Shown in pieces: positions 1 to 9,009 of a stretch of 64,000 nucleotides of DNA. A program made the translations under genes and the position numbers. The notes beneath the pieces are model-generated. The model worked only from the letters and a program-made list of their open reading frames with translations. It was not told the DNA's origin and searched no databases. The stretch's first letter is position 1; every line of letters begins with the position of its first letter. Origin of the DNA: an uncultured Thermoleophilia bacterium (GTDB lineage: Bacteria; Actinomycetota; Thermoleophilia; RBG-16-64-13). The DNA is taken from NCBI GenBank assembly GCA_963749535.1, contig CAVVNF010000018.1:3877-67876 (forward strand), read 5' to 3'.

Positions 1-811
<811 letters not shown>

Positions 812-821
812 TTGCTGCGGT

Positions 822-851
822 TTGACAGTCCACGGTGCCTGCAGGTAGAGT
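822..851 (+). promoter_or_regulatory. candidate sigma70-type promoter for the tRNA-Gln/tRNA-Glu pair
   Basis: TTGACA (822-827), 18 nt spacer, TAGAGT (846-851), about 35 nt upstream of tRNA-Gln. Sequence match only. Confidence 0.4.
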
Positions 852-886
852 ACGCACTCGCGACCAAACAGCGCATGGCGTGCCGT

Positions 887-962
887 TGGGGTGTGGTGCA
901 AGTGGAGACACTTCGGATTCTGGACCCGAATAGTCCAGATGCGAGCCCTGGCACCCCAGCCA
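887..962 (+). tRNA. tRNA-Gln (anticodon CTG) with an atypical T arm
   Basis: 76 nt. Acceptor TGGGGTG/CACCCCA is perfectly paired, with discriminator G plus encoded CCA. Anticodon loop is TTCTGGA (CTG at 920-922). Ends resemble bacterial tRNA-Gln. The T arm reads CCAGA-TGCGAGC-CCTGG instead of the usual ..G-TTCRANY-C... Confidence 0.7.
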
Positions 963-966
963 GCTT

Positions 967-1042
967 GGCCCGTTCGTCTAGCGGTTAGGACATCGCCCTC
1001 TCAAGGCGGAGATCACCGGTTCAAATCCGGTACGGGCCACCA
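967..1042 (+). tRNA. tRNA-Glu (anticodon CTC)
   Basis: 76 nt. Acceptor GGCCCGT/ACGGGCC. Anticodon stem TCGCC/GGCGG with loop CTCTCAA (CTC at 1000-1002). T arm CACCGG-TTCAAAT-CCGGT. Encoded CCA. Confidence 0.9.
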
Positions 1043-1051
1043 AGAACACCG

Positions 1052-1080
1052 AAGGCCGCTCCTCTGGGCACGGCTTTTTT
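1052..1080 (+). terminator. candidate intrinsic terminator after tRNA-Glu
   Basis: AAGGCCG ... CGGCTTT stem (7 bp including one G-U) ending in a T6 run. Confidence 0.45.
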
Positions 1081-1327
1081 CCTTCTCACGAGCCAAGACC
1101 GCCGCCAGGAGAAAGCTCGGTGGCCGCGCTTCACGCGTGCGGCGTGAAGATGTTGCGGACTTCGCGGTATCGCAGCCGCGCGGCGAGGCACCTGCGTTGA
1201 GAGGCCCCGGGATCCGGAGAAGCGATCGGGCTGTCGGACGCTTCTACGCAACCGGTCAGCAAGCCCGGCTTCAACGAAAGACAGCCAGGACGGACTTCGT
1301 TCCCGCAACTGGGTCGGTGCTTCGCCC

Positions 1328-1585
1328 TCAGTCCTCCACTTTGAACACCTTGTCGTGCTCGTGTACCGGTTCGATCACTTTGATCCCGATCACGTCGCCC
1401 CGTCTTGCTTCGGTCACAGACAGGTGTTCAATCTGGATCGAGGAAACCACCTGCTCGAGGTCCGTCGAGTGTCCTTCGATGCGGATTACCTCCCCGCCTC
1501 TAAGAGTGCCACTCGTCAGACGAATCGCTGCAACCGAGATCTTGTCGAAATCGTGGGTCACCGCTCCAATTTCTTGCTCGGCCAT
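1328..1585 (-). CDS. small EF-Tu-domain-2-like beta-barrel protein (85 aa)
   Basis: MAEQEIGAVTHDFDKISVAAIRLTSGTLRGGEVIRIEGHSTDLEQVVSSIQIEHLSVTEARRGDVIGIKV resembles translation-factor domain II-like small proteins. Start chosen at the internal ATG. Confidence 0.5.
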   Translation of the reverse strand: MAEQEIGAVTHDFDKISVAAIRLTSGTLRGGEVIRIEGHSTDLEQVVSSIQIEHLSVTEARRGDVIGIKVIEPVHEHDKVFKVED

Positions 1586-1889
1586 CTCAGCCCCCCGTCT
1601 CGACGGTAGTCTTCCTTCCAGCGATGCCTCGCCAGCAGAGCCGGCGACACTGCAGCCGCGCATGGCTCCAGCATAGGCCGACGACCCCTCCTGTCAACAC
1701 ACACGCCCAGAGGCGCGCCAACGAGAACTGGTTCCTGAGCGTCTATACCTCCCGTGATCGAGTCGCGTTCACGGGTGAGACGCACCCGCCAAGGCGGTTA
1801 GCCAGCGCCGCGTTTTGCGACCTGGCCTCCAGGTGTAACGCCGTTTCAGTCGATACTGACCTGGCCCGATCATCGGAATGTCAGCGGGC

Positions 1890-1923
1890 GTTGGCTGAAT
1901 GTTGGCTGGACGGGCGTTTGGCC
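1890..1923. repeat. three direct GTTGGCTG-type repeats left of the tRNA-Phe fragment
   Basis: GTTGGCTG at 1890-1897 and 1901-1908 (11-bp phasing); degenerate GTTTGGCC at 1916-1923. Same orientation as the copies at 2071-2158. Confidence 0.6.
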
Positions 1924-1965
1924 GAGACACGGGAATACTGAAGTGGCCCATTAACAGGGACTTTA

Positions 1966-2009
1966 GGTGGCGGGACCCGGATTTGAACCGGGGACACCAT
2001 GATTTTCAG
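1966..2009 (-). other. 3' fragment of tRNA-Phe (GAA), anticodon loop to discriminator + CC; candidate att core
   Basis: The reverse complement reads CTGAAAA-TCATG-GTGTC-CCCGG-TTCAAAT-CCGGG-TCCCGCC-A-CC. That is anticodon loop, 3' anticodon stem, variable loop, T arm and 3' acceptor strand. Upstream sequence cannot form the 5' half, with no D arm and no GGCGGGA. Confidence 0.75.
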
Positions 2010-2033
2010 TGGTGAGTGCGGGCTGACGACGGC

Positions 2034-2120
2034 TGTCAAAGCATGTCAATGCGTGTCGTTTAGGCTGCGTGTTGGCGACTTCCAAAGACCGGCCCTGACA
2101 ATTCCTGACAAACACTGACA
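2034..2120. repeat. phased inverted arrays: 3x TGTCA then 3x TGACA, each at 10-bp spacing
   Basis: TGTCA at 2034 and 2044, TGTCG at 2054; TGACA at 2096, 2106 and 2116. An extra GTTGGCG lies at 2071-2077 between the arrays. Confidence 0.6.
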
Positions 2121-2128
2121 TGCGGTTC

Positions 2129-2158
2129 GTTGGCAATCCGTTGGCTGGGCGTTGGCTG
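2129..2158. repeat. three direct GTTGGC(A/T)G repeats at 11-bp phasing, just downstream of the int stop
   Basis: GTTGGCA at 2129-2135; GTTGGCTG at 2140-2147 and 2151-2158. Confidence 0.6.
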
Positions 2159-2192
2159 GGACCGGCAAAACACCACCGGCTGGAGGCTGATT

Positions 2193-3428
2193 CTACTTCC
2201 CAACGACTAGGGCAGCGACAGTGGTCGCGGCCTGTGCGGAGAGAGCCGGTATCACGTGCGAGTAGGTGTCCAGGGTGATGGAAACGGTGGCATGGCCCAG
2301 CCGATCAGACACCACCTTGGGGTGAACGCCAGCCTCTAGAGCAAGGGTGGCATGAGTATGGCGGAGACCATGCAGATGTATGGGGGGAAGTCCGCTGCGT
2401 CCCACCGCCGCGCAAAAGGCTTTGGTCACCCGTTCGGGGTGGATGAGCTTCCCATCCTCACGCGTGAATACCAGCCCGCAGTCTGTCCAGGCTGGACCCC
2501 ACTCCAGACGCTCCTCCTTTTGGCGGCGGCCCCAGGTCTTGAGCACCGATACCGTGAAGGGATCAAGCGCCACCAGACGCCGGCCCCGGCTCGTCTTGGG
2601 CTCGTGCACCTCGACGGCGCCGTTTATGGGCACGAGCGAGCGGCACACCGACAGCCGGGCTCGATCCAGATCAACGTCTTGCCACCGAAGAGCCAGCGCC
2701 TCTCCCCTGCGCAGGCCGGTCATGGCCAGGGTGAGCCACAAAGGATAGAGCCGGTCGTTTCTCACCGCCTCCAAGAAGCTGCGCAGCTGCTGGCTCGTCC
2801 ACACTTGGGTTCTTTCCCCTCCAGCCGCCCCGAGGCGCGGCGGGTCAGCCGCATCGCAGGGGTTGCGGAAAAGCCTATCCCAGCGGACGGCGTCGCCCAG
2901 CGCGCGGTGGAGAGTGGCGTGCACTCTTCTTACCGAGTTGGCCGATAGTCCTCCGCTGCCGCAGACCTTGCCGTCTTTAAGGAGCTGGGCATAAAGGGCA
3001 TTAATCATGACCGGGGTCGGCTTCTGCAGCTTCACGCGGCCGAGCGAAGGGATGACGTGCTTCATGGCCAGAGTCGCGTAGGAGGCATGAGTAGTCGAGC
3101 GGACCGTGCTTTCTATGGCCGGTAGCCATTCCTCAAGCAGAAACTCCCGGAGCGTGAGGTCTCTGCGTTCGGTATAAGCGCCGCTCTGTAGGCTGGAGAG
3201 ACATGTGGTAAGGGCTGCCTGGGCGGCCCTTCTTGTGGGAAACCCCGCCTGGCAGCGTTGGCGCCGCTCGATGGTTTCCTTGAGCTCTCCCCCACACGCC
3301 GGGCAGGTCTTCGTCTCTTTGCCCTCCACCCAATGCCGGCGCCCGCAGGTTCGGCAGCGTTGGGCAGGTTGAGGGCCGAGTTCGAGGATGTATTCCCAGG
3401 TGCGTCTCTTGCGGACGTGGCCTCTCAC
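2193..3428 (-). CDS. int: tyrosine recombinase / phage-type integrase (411 aa)
   Basis: Catalytic signature GLRRGEALAL ... HGLRHTHATLA ... LGHATVSITLDTYSH (R, HxxR, H, Y). The N-terminal arm-binding region carries a CxxC...CxxC insert. Confidence 0.95.
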   Translation of the reverse strand: MRGHVRKRRTWEYILELGPQPAQRCRTCGRRHWVEGKETKTCPACGGELKETIERRQRCQAGFPTRRAAQAALTTCLSSLQSGAYTERRDLTLREFLLEEWLPAIESTVRSTTHASYATLAMKHVIPSLGRVKLQKPTPVMINALYAQLLKDGKVCGSGGLSANSVRRVHATLHRALGDAVRWDRLFRNPCDAADPPRLGAAGGERTQVWTSQQLRSFLEAVRNDRLYPLWLTLAMTGLRRGEALALRWQDVDLDRARLSVCRSLVPINGAVEVHEPKTSRGRRLVALDPFTVSVLKTWGRRQKEERLEWGPAWTDCGLVFTREDGKLIHPERVTKAFCAAVGRSGLPPIHLHGLRHTHATLALEAGVHPKVVSDRLGHATVSITLDTYSHVIPALSAQAATTVAALVVGK

Positions 3429-4030
3429 TGTCGCAGATCGTCCAATGCCGGAGGAGCTCCATGACCCTCACGCTCGCCGTCGGTGGCGCCCTGCGCCGAC
3501 TCGAGCCTACGCCTCTCATCCTCAAGGGCTTGGGGCAGGTACTCCTCATACAACTCTTTGCTTAAAGCTGGAATCTCACCTTGGCCCGACCCCCCATACA
3601 TGATCTGAAGCACCACGTTTTGGGGTTCGTTCCCCCGCCACTCCATGGTGAAAAGCGGGTTCCGCGAGGATAGTAGCGTTCGAGACAACCTCATGGGCAG
3701 AAGCTCGGGCACACCGAGATTAAGCGGAGGCGCCATGGGCCCCTGAGGCCCCGCCTCCGGGTCCAATAAGTCCAATACGTAGGTGCTTAGGGCCATGGCA
3801 AGCGCCCAAAGCTCGTCCACCGAGACGGAACGCTTGCCTCGCTCGACCTCTCCGACAGTGGTCGCATACCACTTGCGCTCCAAGTGGCCCAGAAGGCGGG
3901 TCATGCGCTCGGCCAAATCCCGCTGGCTGAGCCCCACTCGCTCGCGGTGGGCCCGCACGTTCTCGGCCAGAACCTGGGAGGGGATGCGGTACTGGGGGAC
4001 AGCTTGTTCATTCGGATCATCGTCGGGCAC
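3425..4030 (-). CDS. XRE-family HTH regulator (repressor-like), 4-nt overlap with int
   Basis: HTH LAENVRAHRERVGLSQRDLAERM...TTVGEVERGKRSVSVDELWALAMAL. Start placed at GTG 4030 behind AAAGGAGG, because the longer ORF (to 4159) would run through the AT-rich operator region. Confidence 0.7.
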   Translation of the reverse strand: MPDDDPNEQAVPQYRIPSQVLAENVRAHRERVGLSQRDLAERMTRLLGHLERKWYATTVGEVERGKRSVSVDELWALAMALSTYVLDLLDPEAGPQGPMAPPLNLGVPELLPMRLSRTLLSSRNPLFTMEWRGNEPQNVVLQIMYGGSGQGEIPALSKELYEEYLPQALEDERRRLESAQGATDGEREGHGAPPALDDLRQ

Positions 4031-4060
4031 AGGGCCTCCTTTGCCTTGTTCATTGTATTG

Positions 4061-4147
4061 TAACGATTTTCGTTCTGTATTGCAACGAAAATCAGCTTGT
4101 AACTGTCCTGTGACCATGATATCTTTCTGAATCGTAACGAAAATCAT
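4061..4147. promoter_or_regulatory. AT-rich switch region with three copies of AACGAAAATC (candidate operators)
   Basis: AACGAAAATC at 4084-4093 and 4136-4145 on the + strand. On the - strand it lies within the inverted repeat AACGA-TTT-TCGTT at 4062-4074. The copies sit between the divergent XRE and xis-type genes. Confidence 0.5.
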
Positions 4148-4203
4148 TCTAGATAGCAAGAATGAGGCGATTCCATCGTGGGGGCATGCCGGAGCAGCGC
4201 CAC

Positions 4204-4437
4204 ATGAACTTGAAGGAATTGAAGGCCAGCGACCGAGCCACGATCAAGGTGGAGGAAGCCGCCCAGGTTCTCGGCATCAGCCGCGGCAGTGCCTACCAAG
4301 CCGCCAGAAATGGAGAGCTGCCCGGTGTCCTTAGGATTGGACATCGACGATTGGTCTCGGTGGCCGCCCTACTCAAGGTGCTTGGGGTCGACGACCTTGA
4401 GCAGCTCCCGGTGCAGGGTCCAAGTACAGAGGGGTGA
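4204..4437 (+). CDS. xis: excisionase-type (MerR-like) HTH DNA-binding protein
   Basis: ATIKVEEAAQVLGISRGSAYQAARNGELPGVLRIGHRRLVSVAALLKVLG is typical of the helix-turn-helix excisionase family. It is divergent from the XRE gene. Confidence 0.75.
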   Translation: MNLKELKASDRATIKVEEAAQVLGISRGSAYQAARNGELPGVLRIGHRRLVSVAALLKVLGVDDLEQLPVQGPSTEG

Positions 4438-4443
4438 TCGTCG

Positions 4444-4713
4444 GTGGACTCCGAGAGCAAGGAGCAAGTTAGGCAGATCGTCCGGGAAATCTGGGCAAAC
4501 GCCGAACGGATCCACTCTGGGATGCTCGAGCTCACTATCGAGTTCGAGTACGGCCAGGTGGTGGATAAGCAATTCCGGGCCTACTCCCTGACAAGACAGA
4601 TAAGAAGCCTTATGAGCCGCCAGCCCGACCCCGCCTGCCGACAAGACCTTGAAGGGCTGCTTCAGGTTTACGGCCAGCGAAACGACCATAACCACAAAAG
4701 CGGGGACCGATGA
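4444..4713 (+). CDS. hypothetical protein (89 aa)
   Basis: ORF only. Its stop overlaps the next start in ATGA at 4710-4713. Confidence 0.4.
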   Translation: MDSESKEQVRQIVREIWANAERIHSGMLELTIEFEYGQVVDKQFRAYSLTRQIRSLMSRQPDPACRQDLEGLLQVYGQRNDHNHKSGDR

Positions 4714-4904
4714 CCGCCGTTGCGGCAACGGGGGCCGGGCGAATCCCGGCGGCATCCATCCGCGGTCAATGGGCCTCTCTCCCCCGCCACCGCTTGTGCG
4801 AACCCATACGTGGACCTAATCGCCCAGGCTCGCGGGGTGAGATCAATCACCGGGTCATCGAGCGGCGGGGTGGCAACCGGAAGAGGCAGGCGGACGAGCC
4901 ATGA
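4710..4904 (+). CDS. hypothetical small protein (64 aa), translationally coupled on both sides
   Basis: ATGA overlaps at 4710-4713 and 4901-4904 link it to its neighbours. No recognisable motif. Confidence 0.4.
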   Translation: MTAVAATGAGRIPAASIRGQWASLPRHRLCEPIRGPNRPGSRGEINHRVIERRGGNRKRQADEP

Positions 4905-7078
4905 GCGGCCTGGAACATCTCAAGCAAGAGCGGCCCATCGTTGAGGAGCTTGCCCGCCGGGGCCATCGGCATGTGAGTAAGTTCGGCCGGCAGGTGACGT
5001 TCCGCTGTCCATTTCCCGACCATGAGGACACCGAGCCCAGCTTCGTCGTGTACACCGATACGAACACCTTCCGCTGCTACGGGAGTTGCGGCAGGCATGG
5101 CTCGGTGCTGGACCTCGTCATGGGCCTCGAAGCGGTGGAGCTGAAAGAAGCGGTGCGGATCCTCGGGGGCAACGTTCATGATCTAAACAGCCACAACGAT
5201 GCCACACCCCGAAAGCGCGCCGACAATGAACCCCCGGTTTCCCCTCCGGTGAAGGCTGTTACACCATTACACCTCGGTGGCGGCATCACCCTAGAGCAGC
5301 TCGGTGCAGCGAAAAAGTTGGAAACGAGCTTCCTGGAGAGTCTGGGATGCCGTAACAGCAAGCGTAACGGCGTAGCGCACGTGACCATCCCCTACTACAG
5401 CGAGACCGGGGAAACCCTCTCGGTGAGGTCGCGTCTTGCGCCCACTGGAGGGCGCTTCCGCTGGCGAGCGGGCGACAAGGTGCACCTCTATGGACTTGAC
5501 CGCCTGGACTCCGCCCACGAGCGCGGCTGGGTGCTCCTTGTCGAGGGCGAGTCGGACTGCTGGACCTGCTGGCAGCATGGACTACCCGCCCTGGGGATCC
5601 CCGGAAAGACCACCTGGCGCAGTGAATGGGTCGCCAAGTTGGCCGGGTTGGACACATACGTGTGGCGGGAGCCGGATGCAGAGGACCTGGTGGAGCGCAT
5701 GGCCCCGGACCTGCCCAACCTCCGGGTGATCGTCGCTCCCCAGGGCACCAAGGATCTCTCCGAAGCACACCTTGCCGGACAAGACGTGGTCGCCTTGATT
5801 GACCAACTGCGAGCGAGAGCCCCGCGGGCTAGTGAGGTACTCCGCGAACGCTTAGACGGTGAACTCGCCGATGTCATGGAGAGAGCCAGAGCGGTCCTGG
5901 AGGCCACCGACCCGCTGGAGCTGGTGAGCAGCGCTATTCGGGCACAAGGCTACGGGGGAGACCTCAAGCCGGCGGAACTTACCTACATTGCCTGTACTGG
6001 CAGGGTACTCGCAATGCGACGGGGATCTATGCCCGCTCACCTCCTGCTGCTGGGCCCGGCCTCCGCCGGCAAGAGCTTCACCAAGAATATCGCCTTGCGG
6101 CTGATGCCACAGGAGGCCTACCACGAGATTGACGCCGGATCCCCGCGGGTGCTCATTTACGACGACGCCCCTCTGGAGCATCGGGTGCTCGTCTTCGGGG
6201 AGGCGGACTCCCTACCCGCCGGCGAAGACAATCCAGCCGCGTCCGCTGTCCGCAACCTCTGTCAAGACCATCACCTCCACTACAAGGTGACCGTGCGCGA
6301 CGCGGAGACGGGCGACTACATCGTGCGCGATGTACGCAAGCCCGGACCGACCACGCTCGTGACCACGGCGGTGAGGCGCCTCGGGCCCCAGCTCGACACC
6401 CGTCTTTTCATCCTGGAAGTGCCCGATGATCAGAGCCAGATCGGAAGTGCACTCCGGGCACAGGCCGCTCTTGAATTACAAGGGGGAATCCCGGACCCGG
6501 ATCCGGCCCTCATCGCCTATCAGCTCTACCTGCAGCTCCGTGCTCCGTGGGATGTGGTCGTGCCCTTCGCAGACCAGCTGGCGGAACATATCGCTCGGCA
6601 ACCGATGGAAAGTCGAGTCGTTCGGGACTACGCCAGGTTGCTCACACTCATCAAGGCCGTCGCTGTGCTCCGTCACCACCACCGCCAGCGGGATGAACGA
6701 AGCCGACTGGTGGCCGAACCTGCCGACTACATCAAAGTTTACGAGCTGGTGGGAGAGGTCTACAAGGCAAGCGCCACGGGCGCCAGTCGCGGGGTGCGGG
6801 AAGCGGTTGAGGCGGCGTCAGAGCTGCTGATGGAGCAGCAGGCGCCAGTTACAGTCAGCCAAATAGCCGCCCAACGCGGATGGTCAAAAATGGCCGCCTC
6901 CCGCAGAGTGGCAGCGGCTCTCAAAGGCGGCTGGCTCACCAACTCAGAGACCAGACGGGGATACCCCTACCATTTGGGCATCGGAGAACCGTTACCATCA
7001 GAAACCGGCTTGTTACCGCCAGAATCGCTGAGGTGTAACACCGTAACGGTCGCTACCGCCGAGAAGACTCTGGTATGA
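4901..7078 (+). CDS. primase-helicase (CHC2 zinc finger + Toprim-like + P-loop NTPase), 725 aa
   Basis: Zinc finger FRCPFPDHEDTEPSFVVYTDTNTFRCYGSCGRHG. Toprim-like VLLVEGESDCWTCWQHGLPALGIPG. Walker A LLLLGPASAGKSF. Confidence 0.85.
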   Translation: MSGLEHLKQERPIVEELARRGHRHVSKFGRQVTFRCPFPDHEDTEPSFVVYTDTNTFRCYGSCGRHGSVLDLVMGLEAVELKEAVRILGGNVHDLNSHNDATPRKRADNEPPVSPPVKAVTPLHLGGGITLEQLGAAKKLETSFLESLGCRNSKRNGVAHVTIPYYSETGETLSVRSRLAPTGGRFRWRAGDKVHLYGLDRLDSAHERGWVLLVEGESDCWTCWQHGLPALGIPGKTTWRSEWVAKLAGLDTYVWREPDAEDLVERMAPDLPNLRVIVAPQGTKDLSEAHLAGQDVVALIDQLRARAPRASEVLRERLDGELADVMERARAVLEATDPLELVSSAIRAQGYGGDLKPAELTYIACTGRVLAMRRGSMPAHLLLLGPASAGKSFTKNIALRLMPQEAYHEIDAGSPRVLIYDDAPLEHRVLVFGEADSLPAGEDNPAASAVRNLCQDHHLHYKVTVRDAETGDYIVRDVRKPGPTTLVTTAVRRLGPQLDTRLFILEVPDDQSQIGSALRAQAALELQGGIPDPDPALIAYQLYLQLRAPWDVVVPFADQLAEHIARQPMESRVVRDYARLLTLIKAVAVLRHHHRQRDERSRLVAEPADYIKVYELVGEVYKASATGASRGVREAVEAASELLMEQQAPVTVSQIAAQRGWSKMAASRRVAAALKGGWLTNSETRRGYPYHLGIGEPLPSETGLLPPESLRCNTVTVATAEKTLV

Positions 7079-7260
7079 AAGTTGATCTTGCCCCTGATGT
7101 TCTTGATTCCTGCCGGTGCCGGTTTGCCCTGCTCAGTCGCGCAGGCGAGAACGTGAAACTTGAGCCTCTCTTCCCCGAAGACTTCCCAAAAACGCGAGAG
7201 CTGGTCGAACAGATACGTCGCCATAAGGGCGACATCCTCGGCGCTCGCGGACGTTGTTGA
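7075..7260 (+). CDS. hypothetical small protein (61 aa)
   Basis: ORF with an ATGA overlap to the primase stop. No motif. Confidence 0.3.
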   Translation: MKVDLAPDVLDSCRCRFALLSRAGENVKLEPLFPEDFPKTRELVEQIRRHKGDILGARGRC

Positions 7261-7274
7261 CGAAGAAGGATCAC

Positions 7275-8491
7275 ATGGCTGCCAAAACTAACAACCTGCA
7301 AGTGGAACACGTGCCCCTCGACCAATTACGCCCCGACCCCACAAACCCCCGCCATATACCTCAAGCCGAGCTTGAGGCTCTCACCCGAAGCATTTCCGAG
7401 TTCGGACTGGTGGATCCGATCATCGCGAGAGCCGAGGACAAGACGGTGATCGGCGGACACCAGAGATTGCTCGCGGCCAGGAAGCTCGGACTGAAGACAG
7501 TGCCGGTCATCTTCCTCGACATCAGCAAGGAGAAGGCCCGGCTGCTGAACGTAGCCCTGAACAAGATCCGCGGCGACTTCGACCACGAACTGCTCGCCCG
7601 ACTGCTCGCCGACCTGTCGGAGACTCCTGAGCTGGACCTCACCCTGACTGGTTTTGACGACAAGGAGATCAAGCAGCTCCTCAAAGGTCTTGAGGCTCGA
7701 GAGAAGACGAGACCGGCCGGAGACCTTCGACTTAGACGACGCCCTGAGGAAGGCATACGAGAGCCCACGAGCCAAACTTGGCGACTTCTTCCAGCTAGGC
7801 GAGCACCGGGTGCTCTGCGGAGATGCGACAAAGAGCGAGGACATCCAGCGGCTGATGAATGGCTCCACAGCCGCTATGGCCTTCACCGATCCCCCCTACA
7901 ACGTCTCTCTGGGTGACCACGGAGGAAAGCAACAAGGCCAAAGCCGTCGGCGCCTTCAGGAACGACTCCATGGCACCCGAAGCCTGGGAGGCCTTCTGCC
8001 GAGGCTGGGCCGCTCAGCTTCTCGCCGCTGTAAATGGTTGTTCATATGTTTGCATGTCGACCAAGGAGTGGCCCACGGTCTCCCGAATCCTGGCTGAGGC
8101 GGGCGGCCACTGGAGCGACACCATCATCTGGGAGAAGGACCGTTTCGTGCTCGGGCGCTCCGACTACCAACGAGGGTACGAGCCCATCTGGTACGGCTGG
8201 CGGGAAGGAGCCGAGCATCACTTCGCCGGCGGCCGGGACCAGTCGGACATCTGGAAGATCGAGCGGCCTTCGGACTCTCCCCTCCACCCCACCATGAAAC
8301 CTCTGCCCCTGATCGAGCGAGCCATCGAGAACTCCTCGAAGCCAGGAGACGTCGTCCTGGACCTCTTCCTGGGATCAGGATCGACCCTGATCGCCGCGGA
8401 ACGAACCGGCCGCGTCTGCTACGGCATGGAGCTGGACCCACACTATTGTTCCATCGTGATCGCCCGCTGGGAGGCTTTCACGCGGGCATAA
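7275..8491 (+). CDS. ParB-like nuclease domain fused to DNA methyltransferase (DPPY class); two frame breaks
   Basis: ParB N-terminus: LRPDPTNPRHIPQAELEALTRSISEFGLVDPIIAR...GGHQRLLAARKLG. Methylase motif IV AFTDPPYN and motif I VVLDLFLGSGSTLIAAERTGR. Frame changes near 7710 and 7930. Confidence 0.85.
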
Positions 8492-8552
8492 GGCGGAGAA
8501 GGTGAGGGCCTGATGCTCCAGCTAGCCCCCCTCATCAAGCAGAGGTGGACCG

Positions 8553-9009
8553 ATGGTGAACAACCGGGGCTGCACGTTCGTCATGCCCGATGGCCGACTC
8601 TGCGGCGCCTCTGCTCTGCGGGGCGAGGACTACTGCCTCTTTCACTCCCCCGACCACGCCGAGGAAGCGGCCGAGGCCCGAGGCTGGGCGGGCTCAGGCG
8701 CCGCAAAGAACGAGACCGTCGCCGGCGCTTATGAGTTTGCAGGGGCTGGGCACGGTGCCCGGACATCCGCGTCTGATCGAGGTGGCGGCCGTGGACACCT
8801 CTGGCGCTGGAGAACTCGGTGGCCCGGAACCGCACCCTCGCCTACTCTAAGCCAGTCCGCCCTCAAGTGCCTGGAGCAGGGAGAGCTGGAGGAGCGGCTG
8901 GAGATGCTGGAAGCGGCCCTTAGGAGCCGGGACGCCCTCCCCGCCTTCCGACTTCGACCTGGACCTCGACCTCGAAGAAGACGCCGATCCCAAGGAGCTA
9001 CTGCCATGA
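8553..9009 (+). CDS. hypothetical island protein with Cys/His-rich N-terminus; frame breaks
   Basis: N-terminus: CTFVMPDGRLCGASALRGEDYCLFHSPDH. A coiled segment follows across frames: IEVAAVDT...ALKCLEQGELEERLEMLEAAL. The acidic tail ends in TGA, overlapping the next ATG at 9006-9009. Confidence 0.45.
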
